From positions 1 through 64,000 of the IMG/VR virus record IMGVR_UViG_3300034102_001514: DNA of 64,000 bases. One strand, written 5' to 3'. The position numbers were made by a program, and so were the translations under genes. This document shows, piece by piece, positions 1-9,126 of the stretch. How positions within the stretch are numbered: position 1 is the stretch's first letter; each line of letters opens with the position of its first letter. A model generated the notes under the pieces. The model saw only the letters and a list, made by a program, of their open reading frames with translations, did not search any database and was not told the origin of the DNA. The stretch comes from a virus.

Positions 1-1
1 A

Positions 2-247
2 CAACATCATCCACAAAGAATATCCTGCCGATAGAGTAGAAATACCTAACTGGCGAGATTTAAGGATTACATTAAATCGGTGGTCATCAAATTCCCTCAT
101 CAAATCTTCTTGGAAATCATAAAGATTGAAAAGAATTTTACCTCGGTGGGGGTGTTGGATATAGCAATATTTCTTAAAGAAATACACTGGGTCTTTAGCA
201 CATTTAATATACTCTTCCCTAATAAGTTCCTTTAAACTTTTTGCCAT
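2..247 (-). CDS. Terminase large subunit, N-terminal part (T4 gp17-like), truncated by window edge
   Basis: Manual translation from ATG at 247: MAKSLKELIREEYIKCAKDPVYFFKKYCYIQHPHRGKILFNLYDFQ...VILKSRQLGISTLSAGY, with YDFQ adenine-binding motif and KSRQLGxST Walker A. Confidence 0.9.
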   Translation of the reverse strand, partial: MAKSLKELIREEYIKCAKDPVYFFKKYCYIQHPHRGKILFNLYDFQEDLMREFDDHRFNVILKSRQLGISTLSAGYSLWMML

Positions 248-257
248 ATATTTTTAT

Positions 258-665
258 TTATAGAGCAAGCAATAATGTAACTGTAGCCGCTCCGCCAGCA
301 AATCCAATTAAAAGACCTTGCCACATTTTAGAAGATTTTTCTCTTTTTAAAACTTTAATTTGGTCTTCTTTTAGAGAAATTACTTTGTTTTTTTCTACAA
401 TAACCAAATCTTTTGAAGTGATAATTTTATTTAAGTTTTCAACTTCAACTTTATATAAATCAATAGACTTTGAGTATAAAACAACTTTTCCTTGTGTTAG
501 TCGTAATTCTTCAACACACAAGTCACGCTCTGCTTTTACTTTTAATGCTTTTTCAAGAGTGGCTCTTGGAACTGCAATTAAGTTAGGTTCAGTTGAAAGC
601 GTCTGTGAAAGCGTCGGCAATGTCGTTATCAGACATAGCGTCAAGCTTAGCAACATCTTTTTCAT
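258..665 (-). CDS. Signal-peptide coiled-coil protein with C-terminal hydrophobic helix; possible spanin-like partner
   Basis: N-terminal signal peptide, coiled coil, C-terminal TM (MWQGLLIGFAGGAATVTLLLAL); overlaps 3' end of upstream TM/coiled-coil gene. Confidence 0.45.
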   Translation of the reverse strand: MKKMLLSLTLCLITTLPTLSQTLSTEPNLIAVPRATLEKALKVKAERDLCVEELRLTQGKVVLYSKSIDLYKVEVENLNKIITSKDLVIVEKNKVISLKEDQIKVLKREKSSKMWQGLLIGFAGGAATVTLLLAL

Positions 666-933
666 ATTGTTTCCTTAACTTATTAATTTGAGTATCTTTT
701 TTATCAATCTGAACATCAATTCTCTTTAATTCTTTTTCAATATCTTTATTGATTTTTAAAAGAGAGTCCGATTGACTTTCCAACTTTTCAATCTGCGTGT
801 TGTATTCTTGTTCACGCTCTCTCAACATTCTTTCGTAATCTTTTTTGTAACGATTGCCAGCAAAAAAGAATTGATATGCTAGTAATGCTAATAAAGCAAG
901 AATTACAATTTGTTGAGTATTGAATCGTTTCAT
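589..933 (-). CDS. N-terminal TM coiled-coil protein; possible i-spanin (Rz-like)
   Basis: Single N-terminal TM then long heptad coiled coil; overlapping downstream gene. Confidence 0.45.
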   Translation of the reverse strand: MKRFNTQQIVILALLALLAYQFFFAGNRYKKDYERMLREREQEYNTQIEKLESQSDSLLKINKDIEKELKRIDVQIDKKDTQINKLRKQYEKDVAKLDAMSDNDIADAFTDAFN

Positions 934-1200
934 TTATTTTTTAGCAGCAGCTTTAGGAGCAGCTTTTTTCTTTGGGTAGTATCTTTTCTTTTTAGGAGCA
1001 GCTTTTTCTACCACATTAGCCACATCAGAAGCTTCTTTTATTACTTTTTTAACAGCAACTTTTGCTTCTGCAACAGCAACCTTTACTTCGGCTACTTCTT
1101 TTTTAATTTCAACAGCAGTTTTTTTGATTTTTTCATCAATTGTTGTTTTACCAAGCAACCAATTCCAAGCTTTCTTTAATGTTTCCATAGTTTTTTCCAA
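934..1200 (-). CDS. Small Lys/Ala-rich protein with histone-H1-like tail
   Basis: C-terminal KAAPKKKRYYPKKKAAPKAAAKK; late-promoter motif upstream. Confidence 0.6.
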   Translation of the reverse strand: MEKTMETLKKAWNWLLGKTTIDEKIKKTAVEIKKEVAEVKVAVAEAKVAVKKVIKEASDVANVVEKAAPKKKRYYPKKKAAPKAAAKK

Positions 1201-1244
1201 ATTTTAATTAAACTAATAATAAGTATGTAATTCAATGTTAATAA

Positions 1245-3803
1245 TTACCACTTACGACAAGACCAATAACGAGCTTTCCATCTTGGTCCTGGAGTATCAC
1301 AATTGTGTCTAGCTCTAAATGATTTTCTTGCTTCAGGATTGTCTTTACGAATTCGCATCGTTCCACCTTTAGCATCACCACCTTGTCCAAAGTTTACCTT
1401 AACAACATTACCTTTGTCATTTTTAACATACACTTTGAACTTCTTAACATCACCTTGCATAATCTTACCAAGTTTTACTTTTCTACCTTGATATTCTGCC
1501 TCGTTGATGTCACTTTTGTATTCAGCCATAAACTGAACAAACTCTTTTAGGTCTTGATAGTTTTCTACATCATACTCATCAAGTATTTCTTCCTCTTCTT
1601 CTTTTAAAAAAGGTTTTGCTGCAAGATTAGAATATACCTTACCCAATTCAGGAGTAAATCCATATTTTTCTTCCATGAAAGTTTTTACATTATGATATTC
1701 TTCTTTGATAATTTTCTTCAAAGAATCTTTGGTCAATTTTGATTCAGCAAGAGTTTCTTCTTTTTCTTCTTCTTCAAGTTTGTGAACCGGATATTTCTTT
1801 CCGTTGAATTCAAATTCAGTTAAACCTTCTTTTCTTGCGTTAAACAAAGCGCCTGTAAATGCATTACCTTCGTTTACATTATCTTGAGCCAATAACTTAA
1901 TTTTATCAACCACGGTTTTAACTTTTTTACCATTCGCCAACTTTAAGGTTACACTTCTACCAAATCTATCAACAACAGTAGCAGCACTATTCGCTGATGG
2001 GAAGAATACAATATCACCAATTTCAACCGATGATTCATTTACAATGGATTCGGTTGTGCTTCTATTATCATAAACACCCTTTAACCATTTGATAGTATCT
2101 TTATCTTTTGGAAAATCTTTGTATTCTTTATAAAATTCTTTGACAAAATCTTTAAAGTCGTTTGCTTCTTGAGCGATAATATCAATATTACTCATTGATG
2201 ATTCGTTTACTGATTTACCTTTTTTGAATTTTTTAATAAATGCTTGACGTAGTTTAGGAACGGAACCAACAGTACCTCTTTCTCCACTTATATAATGTTT
2301 AACATTATACCCATCAATATTATTTCTATTAGCCTTCACATAATCTGATAGTTTTTCACCATCCAATCCGTTATCATCAATAAAATTTTGAGTAGCATCT
2401 TGACCTGATTGTAGGATTCCGTGAATGTAAGCTGCATCCCTTGAAACACCCTCATTTACTGATAGTGTTAATTCATTTGGTGCGTGTTTCATTACTTCAC
2501 CATTTGCTAATTCTATGTTGTAGTATTTTTCATCATCAGCACCATCTTCTTTATCTAATGACTTAACAACACCAACACCACCATGAGACATTTTTACTTT
2601 GTCACCAACTTGAAAATGTGATTCGTTTACAACGGATTCTTCAATACCTTTTTTAGAGCGAAGTTTGTATTTTTTGTAGAGGTGGTCCATTGACTTAATG
2701 TTTTGCTTTAACTGCCACTCATGTTCGCTATTTACTATCTTTAAACGAGCCATCAATTCTACATCACTATCAGATGCAACTTCAGCAAATTTAGGACCAA
2801 TTACGAATGCTTGTTTTTTTCTATAAACATCAACATCAATACTTGCTTCATTTACTGATTCAATGATAGTATTCGCATGCGGCCCTTCTCCATTTAAACC
2901 TATGTTAGCACCATATTCGTTATTCCACAATTTTCTGAATCTCTCCTCTAACTTTTTAACACCCATTTGACTTGGTCGTTTTACCAATTCAGTTACAACA
3001 GCTAATAATTCTTTTAAACCCTTTTTAAATACATCAATTCTTTGTTGATTGGATAAATCACCAAGACGTTGTAAATCTCTTTTTAAAATATATGCCGGTT
3101 GTGGATTTGGCTTGTAGTTGTGTGCAAGTGTGGCTTTAATTGCGTTAATTAAAACCGGCCCCATTGTATCAACTACTTCTTTAGCATCTTTTTTTTCATC
3201 CATAACCATTTTGACAATACCAACGCTATTGTTATAGATAGCTTCTACATATCGTACACCAGCACCATCTTTTGATTTTCTACCTTCGTTTACTGATTCT
3301 TTTTTTGATAAAAGATTTTTTGCAAGAAGAGAAAGAAACTTAATATCTACCGCTGCAATTTGTTGTAGTTCTTGTTTTGATAATTTATTTAACATATCAA
3401 CCAACCTCTTATATGCGGGCTCTGATGGATTAATTCTATCAATATCTTTAAATGCATATTGTAAAATACCAAGATGTGTTTTATCAAATTTTTCGTTCAT
3501 TTTTTCTTCTGGGCTTTTACCAAATGTTTTGTGGACTAATTTGTCAAGTTGTGTATGAAATTCAGTTTCTTGAGCATCAGTAGCTTCACTTGCACATTTT
3601 TTCCAACTACCACCAGCATCGCCATATTGTTTTGAAGCCCAACCATTAGCATATGCGGATGGATATACATCAAACTTTTTCTTCGCCTGTGATTTGTAAT
3701 AAGACCACTTTGATGGGTCAGTCGGGCAGTTTTTTTCTTCTAGCCGTTCAACTGCTTCACCTAAACGAATGTAATACTCTTTATTTTTCATATAATACCT
3801 CAC
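1245..3803 (-). CDS. Modular putative internal head polyprotein (DUF5872-like N-terminal and DUF6321-like C-terminal modules)
   Basis: N-term KKKFDVYPSAYANGW..YGDAGGSWKK; C-term KKFKVYV..VNFG..RKSFRARHNCD..ARYWSC; repeated ES(V/I)(V)NE linkers. Confidence 0.65.
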   Translation of the reverse strand: MRYYMKNKEYYIRLGEAVERLEEKNCPTDPSKWSYYKSQAKKKFDVYPSAYANGWASKQYGDAGGSWKKCASEATDAQETEFHTQLDKLVHKTFGKSPEEKMNEKFDKTHLGILQYAFKDIDRINPSEPAYKRLVDMLNKLSKQELQQIAAVDIKFLSLLAKNLLSKKESVNEGRKSKDGAGVRYVEAIYNNSVGIVKMVMDEKKDAKEVVDTMGPVLINAIKATLAHNYKPNPQPAYILKRDLQRLGDLSNQQRIDVFKKGLKELLAVVTELVKRPSQMGVKKLEERFRKLWNNEYGANIGLNGEGPHANTIIESVNEASIDVDVYRKKQAFVIGPKFAEVASDSDVELMARLKIVNSEHEWQLKQNIKSMDHLYKKYKLRSKKGIEESVVNESHFQVGDKVKMSHGGVGVVKSLDKEDGADDEKYYNIELANGEVMKHAPNELTLSVNEGVSRDAAYIHGILQSGQDATQNFIDDNGLDGEKLSDYVKANRNNIDGYNVKHYISGERGTVGSVPKLRQAFIKKFKKGKSVNESSMSNIDIIAQEANDFKDFVKEFYKEYKDFPKDKDTIKWLKGVYDNRSTTESIVNESSVEIGDIVFFPSANSAATVVDRFGRSVTLKLANGKKVKTVVDKIKLLAQDNVNEGNAFTGALFNARKEGLTEFEFNGKKYPVHKLEEEEKEETLAESKLTKDSLKKIIKEEYHNVKTFMEEKYGFTPELGKVYSNLAAKPFLKEEEEEILDEYDVENYQDLKEFVQFMAEYKSDINEAEYQGRKVKLGKIMQGDVKKFKVYVKNDKGNVVKVNFGQGGDAKGGTMRIRKDNPEARKSFRARHNCDTPGPRWKARYWSCRKW

Positions 3804-3820
3804 AAAATAAATAGGTATGG

Positions 3821-4408
3821 TTAATCGTTTCCGTTTTCCAACTTGGCGATAAACTCCGTTTTAAACTTTTCAAATTCAGCATCAATTTTAGCTTCAAGTT
3901 CTTCAGGTGATATTCCACCTTCCCACTCTTCAACACGACCATCTTCAAGGATGTATTGAGCTTTCAATCCCGTCTTTAAGATTTCTTTTTCTATTTCGGC
4001 TTGTTTTAACCAAGCTTTAGCATTTTCTAAAATCTTACTTCTTTCGTATTCTTTAAACTTACCTTCAATCTTTAATTGATGTTCCATATCAATTACACAA
4101 TCCAAACACATTCCGTGATACACCATCATCTTTTTATCAGCTTGAGATGGATTAGCGCAAGTGCAAACTTCTTTACGACAATTTGAAAATTGTGAAACTT
4201 CTTTACGGACCTCTGAAAGTTTACCAAGTTTAACCTTGTATCCTTTTTTTTGTTCCCATTGATTACCAAACTCATCGGTCCATTGTTCTCCAACTTCTCT
4301 TCTTACATAATCTTTGGTTTCAAATCCAATTGTAGTTTTTGTTTGAGTTCTATGTGTTCCGGCAATCATTTCTTTGATTGCCTTTATGTTTTGTAATTTT
4401 TTAGTCAT
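3821..4408 (-). CDS. Hypothetical phage protein with Cys cluster
   Basis: ORF in gene block; CxxxxCxC and CxxC motifs. Confidence 0.7.
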   Translation of the reverse strand: MTKKLQNIKAIKEMIAGTHRTQTKTTIGFETKDYVRREVGEQWTDEFGNQWEQKKGYKVKLGKLSEVRKEVSQFSNCRKEVCTCANPSQADKKMMVYHGMCLDCVIDMEHQLKIEGKFKEYERSKILENAKAWLKQAEIEKEILKTGLKAQYILEDGRVEEWEGGISPEELEAKIDAEFEKFKTEFIAKLENGND

Positions 4409-4425
4409 AACTTTATTTTAATTTA

Positions 4426-6717
4426 TCAATCTCCGTAGAACAATCCTAAAATTTGATTCAGAGGTGCAAATGTGCCTGTAAGTTTATAAGTATTACCTTT
4501 ATACACAAATACAATACCCTCATTGGGAACAATTTTGTCTTTACCACCAATAGCAGCAAGTCGTTCTAATTCTAATTTTAGTTTTGCAATTTTCTTTGGG
4601 TCGCCCGCCTTTTGAACATCCTTGACTGTTTGGTCAAGTCGGTCTTTCATACTTCTAACAGCCGTATCCGGATTTGCAGTTAGAACTGAACTCATAAATG
4701 AAAGAACCTCAGCACCCACTCCCAAGAAAATATCCTCAAATGGTCTAATATTGTCTTTTTGAATTTTAGCGTGGTCGTTCTTGTCTATACCTTGAGCCCA
4801 AGACAATACCTTTGGGTCTTCTATACTTTTACCATCTAAACGAAATCCTTTATCATAAAACGCCCATCGTTTTACAAGACCCATTTTAGTTTTATTATCA
4901 AGTGTTGATGGTGATTTTGTATCTACAAAGTTTTCCCACCACTTTTGGTGATATTCTGCAACACCATCAGTATCTTTCAAGTTAAATTCTTTTTGAAGTT
5001 TACTCAACTGACCATCAAACTTTGATTTTAAAGAAGTAAGTTTTTGTGACTTTGGTAATTGAGTCACCGGCGGTCCTTGAATAGTATATTGTGATTGAAT
5101 AGTTTGATTGATTTGTTTAATCATTCCAGCAAGAATTTTTGCATCACTTTGGTCAGCGCCAATGGCTATACCAGCTTCATTGTATTCAGTTGTATTGTGG
5201 AATATCAATAGGGCCTGACCATAGGGAATTACATTTACCGATGTTGGCCAGATTACTTCAAGGTTCATAAACTTTGCACCTTGTTTAAAGATTTTGTCTC
5301 TCTGTGCTTTTGATAAACCTTTGATTGCTGATGTAAGGTCTTTCATTGCAAAGTTGTATGCGTCAGTTAATCCACCTCTACCACCAAACTTGGAAGCGAC
5401 TCCACTAATGTCTAATGCTTTTTCACCACGATTAGCAAGATGTCCTTTATTTCGTGCTGCAATCAAACCCATATCATCTCTCCAAGAAATCGCAAGGGCT
5501 TGACCATCAGTTTTTTCTCTTGCAAGTTCTAATTCACCTGTTAGGGCTCCGTTGATAATTTGTTTTAAATCACCAAAAGTTAAATTCATTTCAGTATCAA
5601 ATGGGTGAGCCATATGTCCATACGCACCGCCTTCAACCAATAAACTCTTATCTAAAAATTGTAAAAATCTGCTACCTATTTTTTCTGATATTAAGGTTTC
5701 ATTTATTTTTTTACCTATGGTATATTCAATAATTTCTTGACCAAGGTTTATAGCTATTTCCGTTTGCAGGTCTTGAACATCTACTTGTTTCCTACCTTGT
5801 TTTGCACTTGTAAAGTCATTACTAACAGGTGGAATTTCCAAGTCCGTATTATTACGAATATTTCTTCTTGATGAGTATTGATAGTAATCAGATGACCCTT
5901 TTGAACCAGGAGCAATAATTACATCAGCCTTTGGGAAATGCATTTGAGTCCAACCACCATTTACAAACCAAACATCATCTTTTTGACCTGGGTTTTTCAT
6001 TCCAAGTTTACGAATTTTTCCTGGCAATACAAACATGGTGTCTGGCTCACCAGCGTCAGCTCCATAAAGAGAACCTTCTAAAAGTGATTTAATATCAAAT
6101 GATTCAAAAAATTGTTCCATAATAGATTCAACTTTCATTAATCTTGTTGAAATCAAATTATAAATCTTTGGGTCAAACTTTGGATATGCTTTTTTAAATC
6201 CAGCTTTTCTTTGAGAATCATCTCCGGCTGATAACCAATTACGAACGTCAGTTCCACTAATTGCATTGGGTTGTGCGGGTGCTACATAAACATACCCACT
6301 ATCAAGGTATCCACTTTCAGGTCTACCATCATATTTTTTAAAGTATTTACCACCCAATCTTGCTTCATCTTTTTCACCAACTACCGTGATAAACGCTGTG
6401 GTTTTGGAATCAAACTTATCGAGAACTTCTTTTGGTTGGTATGGATTTTTAACTTGAACAATTTGTGATGATGGGATGTTAAACATCTTCATCATTACTT
6501 CTCGTTTTTCTTTAAAGTTAAATGGACTTTTTGGACCACCTTGTTGATTTGATGTTCCGATAAACACATTTTGTTTACCAAACTTTTTTACCAAATGTTC
6601 GTAGGTAGCGTAGTGTCCTTTGTGGAATGGTTGGAACCTTCCAGCATAAACTACCACTTGTTGCTTTACTTCTTCAACAAGAATTCCTTTAATCCACTCT
6701 TTAATTAAATTTCCCAT
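4426..6717 (-). CDS. Cytidylyltransferase-like (HIGH) domain fused to DUF6267/RNA-ligase-like domain
   Basis: GRFQPFHKGH and ISGT motifs N-terminally; EKTDG, EGIVF, YKLTG ligase-type motifs C-terminally. Confidence 0.75.
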   Translation of the reverse strand: MGNLIKEWIKGILVEEVKQQVVVYAGRFQPFHKGHYATYEHLVKKFGKQNVFIGTSNQQGGPKSPFNFKEKREVMMKMFNIPSSQIVQVKNPYQPKEVLDKFDSKTTAFITVVGEKDEARLGGKYFKKYDGRPESGYLDSGYVYVAPAQPNAISGTDVRNWLSAGDDSQRKAGFKKAYPKFDPKIYNLISTRLMKVESIMEQFFESFDIKSLLEGSLYGADAGEPDTMFVLPGKIRKLGMKNPGQKDDVWFVNGGWTQMHFPKADVIIAPGSKGSSDYYQYSSRRNIRNNTDLEIPPVSNDFTSAKQGRKQVDVQDLQTEIAINLGQEIIEYTIGKKINETLISEKIGSRFLQFLDKSLLVEGGAYGHMAHPFDTEMNLTFGDLKQIINGALTGELELAREKTDGQALAISWRDDMGLIAARNKGHLANRGEKALDISGVASKFGGRGGLTDAYNFAMKDLTSAIKGLSKAQRDKIFKQGAKFMNLEVIWPTSVNVIPYGQALLIFHNTTEYNEAGIAIGADQSDAKILAGMIKQINQTIQSQYTIQGPPVTQLPKSQKLTSLKSKFDGQLSKLQKEFNLKDTDGVAEYHQKWWENFVDTKSPSTLDNKTKMGLVKRWAFYDKGFRLDGKSIEDPKVLSWAQGIDKNDHAKIQKDNIRPFEDIFLGVGAEVLSFMSSVLTANPDTAVRSMKDRLDQTVKDVQKAGDPKKIAKLKLELERLAAIGGKDKIVPNEGIVFVYKGNTYKLTGTFAPLNQILGLFYGD

Positions 6718-6735
6718 AATAATAAGTATCTAATT

Positions 6736-9111
6736 TTATAATCCCACAATACCTAAATCAGGAAGTGCTTCCGTAATATCACCGGCTCTTTGACCGAATT
6801 GTCTTGTTGAAACTACGCTAAGACCTTTTATTCTTGAAAAAGTTCCAGCACTTCTTGTTCCACCCGTTCCCACATTTAAAGTTTTTAAGTAAACATTTGC
6901 ACGAATTAAACGACCTTGTAAATTCGTTGGTATTTCATAATAGAATCCTTGCTCTCCCGGCTGATTTGTTCTACTTGAATAGTGGTCGTTTGTTGCAATA
7001 TTAAACAATGATTTTTCAAATACCGTATATTCAGTTGCGTTTACAAATCCATCATAAAAAAAAGTTCCATCGGTTGGGCCGGTGTATCCAAACGGACCCG
7101 AATTTACCGAACCGGTGTTTGGAATTTGTAAAGTCATTTTACAAGTTCCTTCAACATAACCACCGGTTAAACCACTTGCTTGTCTATGAGCTAACTGACT
7201 AAATGCGTATACTAACCGATTTTCACCCGGCATTAGTTGAAAATAATATTCTGCTACTTTTGTTTCAACCGAACCGGTCCACTCATATTCAGCATAATCT
7301 GATATAATTTGTCTACCATTATTTCTCGCGTCTATAATACCAAGGTTCGTATCAAACAAAGTATAAAAATCACCATCCAACAATCTTTGAATTAAAACAT
7401 TAGAACCCGTGATTTGTCCATTTGATTTAAGTGCAAGTTTTGGAACTGATATTGACGCAGAGGTATCAAATTGTGATGAACTTATTGCGGTTGGAGTTAT
7501 AACAAATCCACCGATTATAGCTTCACTATCTTTTGGATTTAAGTGAAAGAATGATGAACTGATTTCTATATTACCATTTGAACCACTAATAAATTGTGTG
7601 GTTTCGGTTCCAATAAAGAAATCATCCGTAATCACTTTAAGATTACCACCACCTGCGGTTGTAAAGAAGAAACTCGATGAACCACCAGCGGACACCATTT
7701 CCATTCCTACGCCGGGGTATTGGTCTACTCCTACTTGAAGATTACCACTACCACTCCAAATAAGGAAACCGCCCGGACCCTTACCAAGAGACGCTGAAGT
7801 CATGCCTTGATATCCAACTGATTTTAAGTATCCACTTGAATGACCTGACATCTCAATGCCGGTTCCAATAGAGTTTCCAATATGAAATGAACCCGTGATT
7901 AAGGATTGGTCGCCTGCAATGTAAACATTACCACCTGCGAATACAACATCGGATTGAATAAGTTCGGTTTCTGATTTAACACCATCTACATTTAAAAATT
8001 GTAATTTTAAAGTTTTTGGGTCATTTAGTTGTTCCGTTGGAATTGGAACTTTGAATGATACGGATGATGTAGGTTCTACTCTATTATTTGATATTAACTG
8101 AAATTCAGCTGAAGTTAATCCTTGAGATTTAAGTAAGGTATTAACCGAATGAACTCTACCTACAATAGGGTCAAGGTTAGTTAAGGTTATATTTGCAACC
8201 GCGATTTGGTTTTGAGTTTGTGTATCGGATGCGGTAGAGTAATATTCTACATTTACATTTATAATTCCATCCGAATATTCATAGGTGTGAATAGAACCAT
8301 TTGTTCTATTATCACTTTGAGTTAGTGGGTTTTGGATTCTTAAAATTTGATTACTTACAACATTTGTAATACTTGCTGTAAATGTTGTTGGTTGTGATTG
8401 ACCACCACCCAATCTTGGAAACAATGTAGTGGATAAATTACCATAAACAATACCACCAACCATTTCACTATTAAAGTTAGCACCACCATCTCTTTCAAGA
8501 GATACAGTGTCACCAAATGTTGACTTTTTATAGTAAACGGATGAACCTGTAATTTCTCTAACCAATTGATTATTTGATACTATCTTATTGGTAAATGTAT
8601 CAACACTTGAAGACAGTGCTAGTTTTGGTAAACTATCAGACTTAAATACAATTTTACCATTTGATGGTTTATTTGGTGCGAATGAAACTTTACGTCTCCA
8701 CCTTACATTTGGAATCTTTTTGAAATCAGTAGGAACTTGATTACCATCCGATGTAGTTGATAAGGTTCCAAGTAAGATTATCTCACCAATACCCTTACCA
8801 TTATTATATCGGTCAGTTCTATCACCATACACCCAAATAGAGATTAACCTTGAATTATCATTTTCTCTATGATTTGGAATCTCCCAATATACAGGCGTTC
8901 CATTTGGGTCTAATACTTCAATAAAAATTTGAGTATTGGGCTCAAATATGTTTGGGTTTGTTTTAATACGAAGTAGGTTTTTACCCTCGCCCAAGTATTC
9001 TGGAAACTCTACAATAGAAAAATACTCATCAGATGTTGCTGATGAATCTTCTACTAAAACTCTATATTTAGATAGATTTTGTTTTGATTTTATTTTGAGC
9101 GGTAAACCCAT
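6736..9111 (-). CDS. Virion structural (tail/baseplate-associated) protein
   Basis: Gly/Ser/Thr-rich beta-type sequence; late-promoter motif upstream. Confidence 0.6.
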   Translation of the reverse strand: MGLPLKIKSKQNLSKYRVLVEDSSATSDEYFSIVEFPEYLGEGKNLLRIKTNPNIFEPNTQIFIEVLDPNGTPVYWEIPNHRENDNSRLISIWVYGDRTDRYNNGKGIGEIILLGTLSTTSDGNQVPTDFKKIPNVRWRRKVSFAPNKPSNGKIVFKSDSLPKLALSSSVDTFTNKIVSNNQLVREITGSSVYYKKSTFGDTVSLERDGGANFNSEMVGGIVYGNLSTTLFPRLGGGQSQPTTFTASITNVVSNQILRIQNPLTQSDNRTNGSIHTYEYSDGIINVNVEYYSTASDTQTQNQIAVANITLTNLDPIVGRVHSVNTLLKSQGLTSAEFQLISNNRVEPTSSVSFKVPIPTEQLNDPKTLKLQFLNVDGVKSETELIQSDVVFAGGNVYIAGDQSLITGSFHIGNSIGTGIEMSGHSSGYLKSVGYQGMTSASLGKGPGGFLIWSGSGNLQVGVDQYPGVGMEMVSAGGSSSFFFTTAGGGNLKVITDDFFIGTETTQFISGSNGNIEISSSFFHLNPKDSEAIIGGFVITPTAISSSQFDTSASISVPKLALKSNGQITGSNVLIQRLLDGDFYTLFDTNLGIIDARNNGRQIISDYAEYEWTGSVETKVAEYYFQLMPGENRLVYAFSQLAHRQASGLTGGYVEGTCKMTLQIPNTGSVNSGPFGYTGPTDGTFFYDGFVNATEYTVFEKSLFNIATNDHYSSRTNQPGEQGFYYEIPTNLQGRLIRANVYLKTLNVGTGGTRSAGTFSRIKGLSVVSTRQFGQRAGDITEALPDLGIVGL

Positions 9112-9126
9112 TAACTACTCCATTTC

